This document shows, piece after piece, positions 38,280 to 52,750 of a stretch of 64,000 nucleotides of DNA (positions are counted from its first letter, which is position 1; each line of letters starts with the position of its first letter). Source of the stretch: the human T2T-CHM13v2.0 reference genome, Homo sapiens; assembly GCF_009914755.1 (NCBI RefSeq), contig NC_060935.1; one strand, written 5' to 3'. The notes beneath the pieces are model-generated. The model was not told where the DNA came from. It made no database searches and saw only the letters and a list, made by a program, of their open reading frames with translations. The position numbers and the translations under genes were made by a program.

Positions 38280-38510
38280 GTAGCATGGCTTAGCGGTCAG
38301 CAGGACAGCATCTGGGCTCAGACTGCCTGGCTCCTGGCCCACTGTTTTTCACCTCTGCCTTTGGGCAAATTACTTCACCTTGCCATTTACTGGGTTGTAC
38401 AGTGGGGGTATTAATAGAAGTACCTTCCTCATAGGGCTGTTGTAAGAGTGAAATGAGTTAACGGATATGAAGGGCTTAGAACCATGTCTGGCTCATAGTG
38501 AGCAGCACGT
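38280..38510 (+). mobile_element. MIR SINE, near full length
   Basis: GTAGCATGGCTTAGCGGT...CAGACTGCCTGG...TTGGGCAAATTACTTCACCT...CTCATAGGGCTGTTGTAAGAG...GCTTAGAACCATGTCTGG. Confidence 0.8.
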
Positions 38511-40454
38511 GAATCTTTCTTGTGGTTGTGGTGGTGGTGGTGAAGGTAGAGGAGGAAGAGTGGTTTTCTTAGCCTCTAACCTCATGCTCTGAGGGTAAGC
38601 ACAGCTCTGGTAGTCATCATTCAGAGTCCGCTTATAACCCTGTCTCCTCCCACCATGTCATACAGAGACATGTGAACATCTGTGGGGACGTGCCCCAGGC
38701 ATTCTTTGTGAGTAGTGGTTCACGGAGGATGCTTGGCCCAGCCACAACCTAAGGTTTTCATGCTACACCTGTCACTTGCTGGTTGTGGGACCTCTGGCAG
38801 GTCCCTAGCCTCTCAGAGCATGAAATAGAGATAATCAGGTGTCCCCCGGCCCCTCACAGGATTGTCTTGGGGGCATGACAAGATAATGAAAGTCAAAGTG
38901 CTTTGCAAACTGAAGTTCCCCTGCAGAGGAAAGGTGTGATTGCTGCTGTTGGCATCATCTTCCTCATTATGTTCTTGCATTCCCTTGGTCTCTGGGTATC
39001 CTTCCTCCAGCTTCTGTGGGGCAAGGGTTTTGAAACAATATTCACAGAATCCTGGTTTTTCCATAAAGACATTTCGATGTACCGTTGCTTTTTTTTTTGG
39101 GTGAAATTATTGATGTAATTCAAGTTTGAAGTTGTGTAATAATAATGTGCTGATTTTGTATAAGGGTATTATTTCTGAATCCAGTTCCTTCCTTTTCTTT
39201 TTTCTTTAATTACACTCTTGTCTTTAGAGTAGTGTTCTTAAGTGCAGTCCAAGGCCAGTCTAGTTGTATTCAGATGGCTTTGTTAAATTGGGTTTTCTGT
39301 GACCCAGGCTTTTTTTAAAAGGAAAAATTTCATCAAATCCCAACAACTTTCATCCTAATTTTACCTGCTTAAATCTCTTCCTGCACCCTAACTTGGGTTG
39401 AGTGGTATAAATTTTACTTTCTGATGCTTTATGTATATCATCATAATTGTTTAAGGACATAATTCTTAATTAAATCTAAAGAGCTTGAAAACTTTGGGGT
39501 TTTTTTTTTAGGGGGGGGAGTCCAAGGGTCTTCTGAACAACGCGTTTTCAAATGTGGTTGGTTTCTGGGATTCCCAGGGGTTGGGAAGCTGTCTCTTTGA
39601 TGGTGACATTTCCAGGAATCAGGACAGGACTCAAGTCCTGGCTTGGGTCATTCCCAAGCCCCCTCCTCCGCAGCCTGTGTTTAGCTGACTCTGACCACAG
39701 CTAAACATGAGAGCAGTTTGGGGAGGTGATGGAAGGTACCTGGGGACCTTTGACTCTGCCTAGTGGATGAGGGACTGTGGTGGCTGCATCCTGTGGAAAT
39801 GATTGCGTCCTGTGGAGGAATGCTCTTGTCTCACAGTGGGAGTAGGGAAAGTGGCTTCTATATGCTCACATTAACAAGGGTGAGATTCTGTCCCATGAGC
39901 TTCCTGAGAGAGATCCCGCTTTTGCTCCACCTCATGCCTTGCTGAGTGCAGGCAGCTCAGCCACAGTCCCTAACCACACATTGCGGCTCTCTACCTCTTA
40001 AGCTATGCTCCTTGCTTAACTCCAGATGACTTTCCAGCACATTGCTGACTCTCCCCTTTCTCCTTCCAGTCCTTTTTTTTGGGGGGAGGGGGGGCGGGGG
40101 GCTGTGTCAAAAAGGTCAGGCTAGGGGCAGGGATTTGTTTTGTATTGAAAAAGACAACCAAGGCTGAGGTAAATCTTGGCAGCCTTTTCAGAATTTAATC
40201 TGGGTGAAGCCGTGGGTTGGACATGGGGTAGGGGTATTAGGATATTGGTTCAAACTGCGAAGAACTTGGCCAGCTATACAATCTTGAGCTAATAGCTAAA
40301 AAAACTCTGACTTGAAAATTATGGTTTGTGAAAAAACATTGAGGGCATAGCCTCCTGAAAGAGGGGAGGGCTGAGTAGGAGGAACATAGTCCAGGTGGCA
40401 TGATCTGTAATGAAAATTCAACTTTGCAAACCGGGGTGTGTTTGGAAATCTAAT

Positions 40455-40455
<1 letters not shown>

Positions 40456-40501
<46 letters not shown>
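40456..40501. repeat. Pure poly(T)46 mononucleotide run
   Basis: Uninterrupted T run with no recognisable Alu or L1 body attached. Confidence 0.95.
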
Positions 40502-40502
<1 letters not shown>

Positions 40503-40949
40503 GTGGGGACCCAGCCATGCTGTGTCTTGTAGATCTCATAGCCAGTAATCTGCTGAGGTGGAGCTCTGGCCTTGGTCTCTCCTGGTAGTGAGGGGCATCT
40601 CTCATTATATAATGTTGCTCTGCTAATTAAGTCAGGAATAATGTCTATGGCATATTTAATTTCCAATTAGACTACTTTATGGATCAATTTGAATTTAATG
40701 TTAAATCTAATGTGGAAATCATTAAAAAGTTAGATCTCTAGAGAGAGGAATAGGCACTTACTCTGACTATTAAAAATAACAGTTAAGGTCATGTGTTAAT
40801 ACATTAAGTGTTTTTATGTGGACTGGGAAGAAATTAGTAGAGAATGCAGAACATATAGATACATAGATAGTCTGCATGCTTGTGATTTGGGGAAAATTCT
40901 GGTGTTCAGATCAAATTCTACAATGCTTATAGTAACTGCTGCAACAGAT

Positions 40950-41135
40950 ATCATTTACTGCAACTTTACTGTATGCCAGGCCCCTGGTGAGTACTTTAAA
41001 TGTATTATTTAATTATCAGAACAACTCTATGAGGTGAGCATTATTACTCCCCTGTATAAATAAGGAAACTGAGGCTTGGAAGGTGAAGGTCTCATTGTCA
41101 GAAAATGGTGAAGGCAGGATTTGAATCCAAGCCAA
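40950..41135 (-). mobile_element. MIR SINE, antisense
   Basis: TACTGTATGCCAGG...AACAACTCTATGAGGT...AAGGAAACTGAGGCT...GGATTTGAATCCAAG. Confidence 0.75.
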
Positions 41136-42419
41136 TTTCATTTCAAAATCAACTCTTGACTAGATTGAGGTGCTATGGAAGGTGCCCAATAATTGTAACC
41201 AGCAGAGCTCTGTAAGTGGTCTGAGTTTAAAGCCCATTTGCTTCTGAAGTGTTTGTTGCTGCTGATAATTTGAAGAATGGCATCAGCACTGCCATTATTG
41301 CTTTAAGGAACAGATATGGGCCCCAAGGTGCCAAGCCAAGACCCTCTCCCAGCATTCCCAGGCTAAAGGGACAGTCCTCAGAAAATGTGACTCTCTGACC
41401 ATGACTTGTCTGAGGTCAGCCCCGACACTTCCTCTGGGCAACTTCTCAGAAGTTAACTCATCCAGCACCTTCAGTCTTGTGTGTACCTTGGATTTCCTTT
41501 GGACCTTGTATTCTTTATGGGTTATACTTTCTTGTATTCTTTTATTTTTCATGTTTGACTACCCTGTGTTTAGTTAGACAGAAGAATGTGGTTCTGAGTC
41601 CAGACTCTCACTTACTGCCTGGTGTATTGGACAAACCATTTAATCGTTGCTAGTTACTAGTCTCCCATGCAGTGTAGTTGTGAGGTTTCCTTGAGGACGA
41701 GTGAGTGTAGAAGCACCTGGCTCAGTGCAGGTGCAGGAAGAAAGCTTCCCTTCTTGCGTTCTTGTTCCCTCCCCTGTAGGAACAGCATCCATTTACTAAT
41801 GAGATGACCAGGTTCAGGAGCACCACATTTTTTCTGGCTCTTGCGAGTGCCTACTGTTCATTTATGCAACCACTGTGTATGAGGGCACAGTATCTCCAGT
41901 CCCTGTTCTAGCAGCTGGGGTTACTTTGTGGAGTAAGAAGGATGATCTGCACACACCCCTATCCCCAGCATCCTGGAGCTGACACTATAGTGGGGAGGAG
42001 AGAAGGGGCAGGTTAATAAGCAAACAAAGAAAATAAATGCTGTATATAGTTGGATGTAGATACTCTCTGTCAGCTCACTCATTCATTCATTCACCCATTA
42101 TTTCAACGAACAGTTCTAAATACACATTATGTTCCCAGCATTATGCTAAGCATGGACATGTGAAATTGGATAACGTCTGTTAGCCCAGGAATTATTTCAA
42201 CAGAAAAAAAAAGTCTGGAAAATATAGATCACTCTCTTGTGTTCTTCCCTTTTGAACATCCTAACTCTTTAGGGTTAAATACTCATTTGAGCAAGTACAA
42301 GCTTCTAAATATACCCACTCCTCAAGCCCCCCGCCCCACTGTCCAGCAGGTTTTCCTGTTGATAGGACAGTGGACGTATGAGTTTGAGTGTTTGGCAGAT
42401 GTTTGCATGATTCTTAGAT

Positions 42420-42608
42420 CAGTGCTTCTCAAACATCCCTGTGCGTAAGAGTTGCCTGGGAGGCTGGTTAAATTCAGATTCAGGTGCCTCACTCCTAAAT
42501 ATTCTGATTCACTGGGTCTGGGTTGGTGCCAGTTGTCTGAGCTTTTAGCCTGCAGTGCAGGTGAATTGGTTGCAGGTGGTCTGTGAACCACACATGGATG
42601 AAACAGTG
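42420..42608. mobile_element. MER5-family MITE
   Basis: CAGTGCTTCTCAAAC...ATTCTGATTCACTGGGTCTGGG...GCAGGTGGTCTGTGAACCACAC. Confidence 0.75.
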
Positions 42609-43159
42609 TCATATTCACACCAGGCTGGAAGAATGTTTAACCTCTTCAGTTTAAGGAGGAAACTATTTCCCAGGGAGTGGAGGGGCTCTGAAATTCGAAG
42701 CTACAGTGACAAGATGGGCCAGGACTTTTGAACAGAACAGATCTGGGATCTCATCCTGTCTCCACATCTCCTAAACCTGGTCATCTCCTCAGTAAATGGA
42801 TGCTGTTCCTACAGGGGAGGGAAGAAGAACGCAAGAGGGGAAGACTCCTTCCTGAGTGCACACCATGCACTGAGCCAGGTGCTTCTACACTCGCTGTTCC
42901 TCAAGAAACCTCATGCAGGCAGCCTTGAATAGGTCATCCGGTAACATCCCTTTCCTCATCAGCCTGCCTTGCTAGGTGGGTAATGCTGAGAGATATGGTT
43001 GGAAAGACCCAGGCAGAGTATAGGATAGAGACTCTAGGGCTAGGTTTTGGTCCATGCTAAAAAATAACATACAAATTGGTTTCCCAAATTCCTGATGGAT
43101 TATTTGAATGTGAGTTGAGTCGCTGCATATATACCCTGTGATTTCTCTCTCTTTCTTTT

Positions 43160-43810
43160 TTTTTTTTTTTTCACAAAAATACACTATAACCGCAAAAAAG
43201 ACAGTCAAACAAAAGAGGGAAAAAATTCATCCAGAACTAGCTCAGTACCCTAACACAACTGTTTTCATTTTAACTTTTAGCCCTTGTCTGTATGCAGGCA
43301 TGTTTCTCTGTATCTGTAATCATATGTAGGCTCAATTTTGTATTCTGCTCTTTTCAGTAAACCTTAAGTAAATGCTTTCCAAATGGTTATGTAGTCTTCA
43401 AGATGATTTTTAATGATCTTACAATCTATCATCCCACAGGCTGAATTTACTTAACCATTCATCTACTGTTGGACATCTAGATTTTTTTTTTTCTGTAGTT
43501 CTGTGCTATTATAAGTAATACTTTGGGATATGGCCTTGTGCTTATTGTGGATTTTTTCCTTAGGGTGAATTCCCAGGAGCAGGATTTCTGGGTTAAAGGG
43601 CACAATTATTTTTTTGGCTCTCAATGGATATTGCTAAATTGCTTTCCAAAAGGGTTGTACCAGTTTATGATGCCACCAGCAGTGCGTGAAGGTACCAATT
43701 TCAGCATCTTGGCTTGCACTAGATAGTATAATTTTTACAAAAGTTTGGCTCAATGGTGCACATCGTTTAATTGATATTTCTTGGATTATGACAAGGTTGA
43801 GTATGGCTTT
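43160..43810 (-). mobile_element. Old L1ME fragment, antisense
   Basis: TTTACTTAACCATTCATCTACTGTTGGACATCTAGATT, GGATTTCTGGGTTAAAGGG, AAATTGCTTTCCAAAAGGGTTGTACCAGTTTA. Confidence 0.75.
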
Positions 43811-44649
43811 ACTTACTATGTTTTGAGATTTTACTTAGTATTTTTGTTTTCTTACAGTCAGGACCTAGCTGTGGTTGAGGTCAGATTTTCTGTGTAGAGC
43901 TTTTCAGACTCTTGAATTTTACAGCGAAAAAACAAACCAAACTAACAAAAACCAAACCCAGAATTCATCTGTAAAATAAATACTTTGGACATATTTTGTG
44001 GTTGGATTAACTGTTCGTGATTTTAACTTCCTTATAGGTCATAAGTTAATAGGGCGGTATTTGGAGAGTAGCGGGGCTTTTCCTCTTCTCCTTAGATTCT
44101 CCTTTGTTCTTTCCCTCTACCATCCCCCCATTTCCTGTTTCCCTCCTCCCCTGTAAGCCCTGTTGTTGTCTTTTTGGAGATAAAACATAAAAGGATCAGC
44201 TTTTAGTCATGCTCCTTCAACTTATAAAATATAGGTTGCCTAAATTATGTAGTACAGAGTGAGGATAAAGAAAATCACAGTATTGTAACACATTGCCTGT
44301 AACTGCTTTGCAAAAGCAAACGTCTCCCACGAAATCTTAGAAAGGTGTGTTTGAGGGTGTAATCTTGGCTTGTGGTGCAAGGGAGCCCAACTTGTTTTTC
44401 AAGTTGGTCTTGAATAAGTTTGTTCTTTCTGGAATGCTCGCCATCCTCAGTATGACAGAGTTCGCTTGATGACAAACTCTTTTACTCTCCTATACATACC
44501 ATGGCCACTGAACTGGTTTGTTTATTTGCCTGGGGTAAATGATTGAAACACATTCCCCTTTGCAGTGGTGCTCAGCATTTGATAGATGATTCTTATTCCC
44601 CAGGCTCCTTCATGGTGATGCCAAGCCCAAGTCTAGCCTTCCAGTGGCC

Positions 44650-45110
44650 CCTGAGGCCACACTGTCCCCTCCGCAACAAACACTGAGAAAGACACACACT
44701 CTCTTGGGTGTGCACGTAGTTTATTGAGCTCGTGGGCTCTCCGTAATGCTGCCCCACTATGCGCATAGTAGGAGAATCCGATATTGGCAGAATAACTGGG
44801 TCTATGTACATAAAGTAGAATGATCGAGGCTCGATTTCAATTTAATTTGTTAATGAAACAAGATGGATCACATTTTCCCTTCCCGCACACCTCTCGGGCT
44901 GTTTGAGATGAGGCACAATTAATTTATTTGTACTGTCTGTGGAGGCGTATGCCAGCTAATGTAGTGCAAGAGCTTTTATCTTTATGTTTGTAATGAAGAG
45001 GGGCAGGCCGCTGGCAAATTGACAAGGAGTGCTGATGACTCATCCTCTGAATGCGAGTGCTTTCTTCTGAAATCATAAAATGCGCGTGCACACGCAAGCC
45101 TAGTTCCTGT
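44650..45110. promoter_or_regulatory. Putative conserved developmental enhancer (CNE-like)
   Basis: Non-repetitive with many retained CpGs; clustered TAAT/ATTA cores, CATAAA (posterior HOX/CDX-type), TTGACA (TALE-type), AP-1/MAF-like TGCTGATGACTCA ~45030-45042; 14-bp palindrome 44756-44769. Confidence 0.5.
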
Positions 45111-45899
45111 TTGAAATGGACAGAACCCCTTTGGGAAAGTTCAGGTGCCTTTGAAACACTGCAGGGGAAAGAACAGGCCAGTGAGGCTGTTTCTCCGGCT
45201 CCCTGGCCTGTCTTGAGGGCAGAACCTCCTGCTCAGTGGGGGCCCTACTCTGGGATGGGAATTCCCATCCTCTCCCTGCCCTCTCCTCCTCGCCCCTCCT
45301 TTCCTTGGAAGGCTGGCTCCTTTGTACTGGTCTTTTGTGCTCCAGTAGGCAGCCTTCCCCACCTGCCAGGCCAGGTGCCTGGTTCACCTGGCGAGGCCTG
45401 TGCTTCCGGGGCTGCTCCCTAACCTTGATCCTGGGCAGTGCCCTGGGGCTTTGCTTTATGAGGCTGTGGATTCTGGGGCCTGGTTGATTTTAGCCTGGGA
45501 GTACACATGGGATTCCTCTGGCCTTTGCTTGAGTTCCCCAGGCCTGGGCTTGGTGGTGGCTGTGTTGTCACTCTGTTGATATGCCTCAGAAGAAATAGTT
45601 TACACAGTAACTAAAGTTGGTTTGGCCCTTTACAGTGTGTAAGGCTTTCTGGCATTAAAACAACTCTGAATTGGATATATTGTTACCCCACTTTATGGAT
45701 GAGGAAATCGAGGTGCACAGAGGTTAAATGGAATGTCCATGATCAAGCAGCTAGCCGGTGGAAAGGTAGTGGGGACAAAACCTTGGACTTTAGAGTCTAA
45801 AACCTGACCTTACAATTTCTTTATAACATTCATTCATTAAGGACAAAATGAAACTTTTTCTGCATAAGAAATATATAAATTCTCTTCAAGAGTCATGTG

Positions 45900-46137
45900 A
45901 GAGTTTGACAGCGGACTAGAGTGACTATGGTTAACAACAACGTATTGTGTATTTCAAAGTAACTAAAAGAAAGGACTTGAATTGTTCCCAACACATAATA
46001 ATGATAAATGCTCAGTGTGATGGATACCTTAAATTCCCTGACTTGATCATTACATATTCCATGCATGTAACAAAATATCACATGCACCTCATAAATACGT
46101 AAAGTATTACGTATCAGTTAAAAAAAAATTAAAAAAT
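45900..46137 (+). mobile_element. L1MA-family 3' end
   Basis: GTGACTATGGTTAACAACAACGTATTGTGTATTTCAAAGTAACTAAAAGA...GATGGATACCTTAAATTCCCTGACTTGATCATTAC... plus A-tail. Confidence 0.85.
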
Positions 46138-46479
46138 ATGTGAGTGAATATACAGATTTCTGTAGTTCAGTAGAATAACAGGAAATTCACAGGATGCTTT
46201 CTGGAGACTTAAAAGCAAAATGTTTGCAGTGGTCTGAGAAAGAAACCCTGAAGATTGTGGTCTAAGAAGTTTTCCTTCCTGTGTCAGATGCCTGGTCGAG
46301 CTGGTTGTACAGGAAGGCTAAGTGCATATGTCCCAGTCAGTCCTGTCACCCGGGTGTAAGCAACACAAATCACTGTGCATGGTTTTATTGAATTTCAGAG
46401 CCAGAAGGAACCATGGAGATTTTACAAATGAGGAAACTATGGCCTAGAGTGAGAGATTTTGTGTTGGGAAGAATTCCAT

Positions 46480-46752
46480 TCATTTACCCAACCATCCTTC
46501 CACGCGTCCAACAAATATTTATTGAGCCAGTTTTGGGCTGGGAGATAAGGCTTAGGCTGTGAATGAAACAGGCACAGTCCTGTCTTCAAGGAACATAAAA
46601 TAGCAGATGACACGGCTGAGCAGGAATGAGCATGGCATGGTAAGGGCAGTGATGAGTGAAGTCAGGGTAGCTTGAGGCACATAGGTGGGGCACATAACTA
46701 TTGGAGTGGGAGAAGGTAGTTAGGGAAGGTTTCCTTGAAAGAGTGGTACCTC
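46480..46752 (-). mobile_element. L2 3' region, antisense
   Basis: CAACAAATATTTATTGAGC...GTGAATGAAACAGGCACAGTCCTGTCTTCAAGGA...TAGGGAAGGTTTCCTTGAAAGAG. Confidence 0.7.
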
Positions 46753-47093
46753 TGGTGAGACTTGAAGGATGTTGCTGAATGTCATTCTAAAAATGGAGAG
46801 GCTGTGTTGGCTGAGAATTGGGACGTCATAATTCTCAAATCCAACTGAAGTTGGTAAAAGGTTGTATGTGCTTGGAGACCGCAGATACTAGGCTCTGAGA
46901 CTTAAATGCATGTAAGAAGTGGTTGCTCTAGGCCTGTGCTGTGCACTGGGGGAGTCACCAACCTTGTGCGCTATTCAGCACTAGGAAGGTGGCTAATCTG
47001 GGTTGGGATGTGTCATAAGTAAACAATGACCACTGAATTTCAAAGACTTAGTATGGGGGGAAAAAAAAGTAAAACACATCATGAACAATTTTG

Positions 47094-47354
47094 GGCTGGG
47101 CACGGTGGCTCATGTCTATAATTCCAGCTCTTTGGGAGGCTGAGGCTGGCCAATTGCTTGAGCCCAGCAGGGGCAACATGGCGAAACCTCATCTCTACAA
47201 AAAATACAAAAATTAACCAGGCGTGGTGGCATGCGCCTGTAGTCCCAGCTACTTGGGAGGCTGAGCCTGGGGAGGTTGAGGCTACAGTGAGCTGAGATTG
47301 CTCCGCTGCATTACAGCCTGGGTGACAGAGTGAGACTCTGTTTCAAAAAACAAA
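47094..47354 (+). mobile_element. AluJ with two short internal deletions
   Basis: Alu body lacking the GAGTTCGAGACCAGCCT and GGGAGGATCGCTT segments; degenerate TSD ATGAACAATTTTG / ATGTATAATTTTG. Confidence 0.88.
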
Positions 47355-47448
47355 TGTATAATTTTGTTTATATTGATTATAAGTTGGATAATTTTTGGAT
47401 GTGTTGAGTTAATAAGTTATTGAAATTAATTTCACCTGTTTCTTTTTA

Positions 47449-48037
<589 letters not shown>

Positions 48038-49784
48038 TTAAAAATATTAAGTATGAAGCCATTGTGATCCATGGTTCTCTTTGTAATAAAAATTTGGGAT
48101 TAAGGCCATATATACCATACTCTGTACTGTATACCGATAGTTCAAAAGACAGACAAGAAACCTGGCCAGTTATAAAATAGAAGGTCGAAGTGTGGGAAAT
48201 GCATTCAGCACAGAATGAATTACAGAGTGGGAGTGGATCTGTGTGAGATGCCGTAGATAAGAAAATTCCTTTTCTGTTGCACTTGGCTTGCTCTACTCTA
48301 GGAATTCCCTCACCCTTACATGCAAGTTTGTATCCAGGCTTTCATAGTCCTTGTTCCTTGTTTTGTTTAGTCTCCAAAGGCCAACAAGGAATATCCATAT
48401 CTTTTTTTTTTTAAATCTTCAAGTATTTCATATTGTATTCCTGAAACTCCACACTCATTAAATGCTTGAATGAATTGCCATTATACCACTGTTTCCTGAA
48501 AACCTGGGTGTGTCAGGCATCTGCTGGGCTGGTAGGATGATGATGGGCAGGACACAGCCCCTGCCCTCAAGGTGCTCTCAGTTGGGAATGAGACAGAATG
48601 CAGTGTGACCAAGCCGTAGTAGAGGTGAGCCTGAGGACTGTGGGAGACCTGAATAGTGTTCCTAACTGCTAAACGTGATTTAAAGGATGACTGAGTTAAA
48701 GACAGCAAAGGAGGGAGCTAAGGGACAGTTGTAGCTGCCTGGAGTGCACTCTGTTGTGATTCTCTTTTGGTCAGTGAGACTGTGGATCTGAGTTTGCATA
48801 GGATCCTGCCAGTCCCCAGGGGTCTCTAACACCGTGGCAACATTCGATATTAATGTTGCACCTGTATATTAGTTACACTTTTCATTGCTGGTTTATGTAC
48901 TTCGAAGGTGTAGCACACAGATAGCCCTCCCTGATAGAGAATGACCCCGGTTAGTTGGAAGGCTCTCAGAGGACCAGTGGGGCAGAGACAATTCGGCAGC
49001 ACTGAGCAGGGGGTATCTGAGGGGTATAAGGTAGCTGTGACCTGGCATAGAGTTGGCAGGCAGACAGTCATTTCAGTGGGAGATAGCATCTGATACTCAT
49101 CCCTTCGGGCTAGTCTTGTAATAGCGGCAGATAAATAAGCTGCCTCCAGTGTGTTTCCAGAATATCTCTGTCTGCAAAATGTCTTTGAGGAGATGTTTGA
49201 CTTGCAAGCCTGTGGTTGATAAAATAAATACATTTTAAAAATGTAAACCTCTCTGAAAGAGGTTTTAGTCTTTTCTCTCCCCAGGGAAAAATAAGGCCCT
49301 TCTTTAACCTCTTTTCTTCCCTAAGTGTAGAATTCTTGCCATGCTTTATAAGAAAAAACATTTTTTGGAATGTAGCACCTGTAGAAATATAAAGGGGTTG
49401 TGCCCAAACCATTGGACCATGGCTATTGTGTGGGTGGTTTCTTGGATGTTTTGTGAAGAGGTATCAGCCCTGACACCTGCAAAGCTGGAGGAGCTGGACT
49501 TTAGAAGTGCTTACATTGTTTTTAGCTGAATTCTGAGGGCAGGCAGCTGTAATGAGTGATTCTCTCTAATATTAGAGGAGCCTTGCCATTCAGTGACATC
49601 TGCTAGAACAGGACTTGGTGCCTGGAAAAGTACCTCACACAATGTAGGAACTTCATATATAGTTATTGAATGAGTGGATAACTGAATAAGTAAGTGAATG
49701 AGTGAATGACTAGGGCCCTTTTCTGGGCTTTCAGATCATGTGGACGAGATTCCCCAGGCCTCTCTCTTGCTGCTTGAGGGTAGT

Positions 49785-49957
49785 CTGTGCAACAGCAGCG
49801 TCAGCATCACCTTGTTAGTGTTTCTGAATCCTGGACATCTTGTTAAGCATGCAGATTCTCATTCAGTGGATCTGGGACAGTGTCTAAGAATCTGCATTTC
49901 TAAGAAAGTCCCAGGCAATGCCATGCTGGTCTATGGACTACACTTGAAGTAGCAGGG
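49785..49957. mobile_element. MER5-family MITE
   Basis: CAGCAGCGTCAGCATCACCT...TGCAGATTCTCATTCAGTGGATCTGGG...GAATCTGCATTTCTAA...GGACTACACTTGAAGTAGCA. Confidence 0.7.
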
Positions 49958-50754
49958 GTCTGTTAGGGTTCAGTGAGATCATCAGTAAGTCTGTAATAGG
50001 TGCTCAGCGTGCACTAGGGATTGTGGAGAAAGATGGAAACCTAGGTTCTCTTGTTAAAACTTGTAATCATGGTGAAAAATCAAGACTCATCCTTATAAAC
50101 TGGAGAAAATCCATTCATTATATTGTGTGGTATGATAAATGGTCAGGAGAAAGCTAGAGAGAGGAATGAAGGACCTTGTGGAGATGGTGCTTGGGCCATG
50201 GTGTAGAATCATGAGATGCTAGCATTAAAGTTGTGTCTGCTTCCAACCCTGTGTGATCTCTAAGCCTCCCTGATGGTTGGCTATCCGACTTCTGCTGAAA
50301 TGCCCTCACGATAGAGAATGCACTGGGTCCCTAATTCTCAAGGCATGTTGCTCTCCTCATATCTTATGAGATGCCCTGAGGAAAGGGTTTGCCCAGGTGA
50401 ATAATGCCTGCATGTGTTGCTTATTCCATCCACACGCTGCAGATTCACAGCGCAGCATATTAAAGGCTTTGCAATGCCTGGCACTAAGACAGCCAGTTTA
50501 ACTTTGTATTACCTAAGGTAACTGGGTCTAACATAGGTGACCACAACTTCCCTCCTGTTTTATTAGTACTTATTAATACATGTTAGCAAGCCTGTATCAG
50601 GAGGTTCATCATACTGAGTTAATACAGGACTCATTTATCACTCATAAAACATTTATTAAACGGCCATGACGTACCAGTCGCTGTTCAGGGTTATGCACGG
50701 AGGAGTAAATTGTCTCTTGCTTGTATAGCACTTTATTGTTTACAAAACACTCTC

Positions 50755-50920
50755 CCAGGCTTTGTCTTGAATTGTCAGCAGAACCTTGTGAGGTTGTATA
50801 AATTTTACTGCCATTTCATAGTTGAGGAAACTGAGGCTTCTAGAGATTAAAGTGACTTGTTTAAGGGTATATTCTTTCCAGTGGTGCCATTGGGATTTGA
50901 AACTTTTGATTCCCAGTTGA
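50755..50920 (-). mobile_element. MIR SINE, antisense
   Basis: CATTTCATAGTTGAGGAAACTGAGGCTTCTAGAGATTAAAGTGACTTG. Confidence 0.75.
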
Positions 50921-51099
50921 GTGTTTTTTTTTTTTTTTTTTTTTTTTCCTAACGGTATTCCATTTGGCTCCAGTTTGGTGAGAGAACCGAGAGAGGTAGG
51001 TCTTAAAAACTTGATTGAGAATTGAACTTGTATGAGAGAAATAGAGGTGTTGTGGTTTCTAGAGCAGCGATGGCTCAAGCAGTGCTGAAGGAATTGGAG

Positions 51100-52750
<1,651 letters not shown>

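Noticed and set aside
43841-43885. Acceptor TTTTCTTACAG with nearby GAG|GTCAGA
   Set aside because: Weak donor, at the edge of a T-rich antisense L1, with no supporting regulatory motifs
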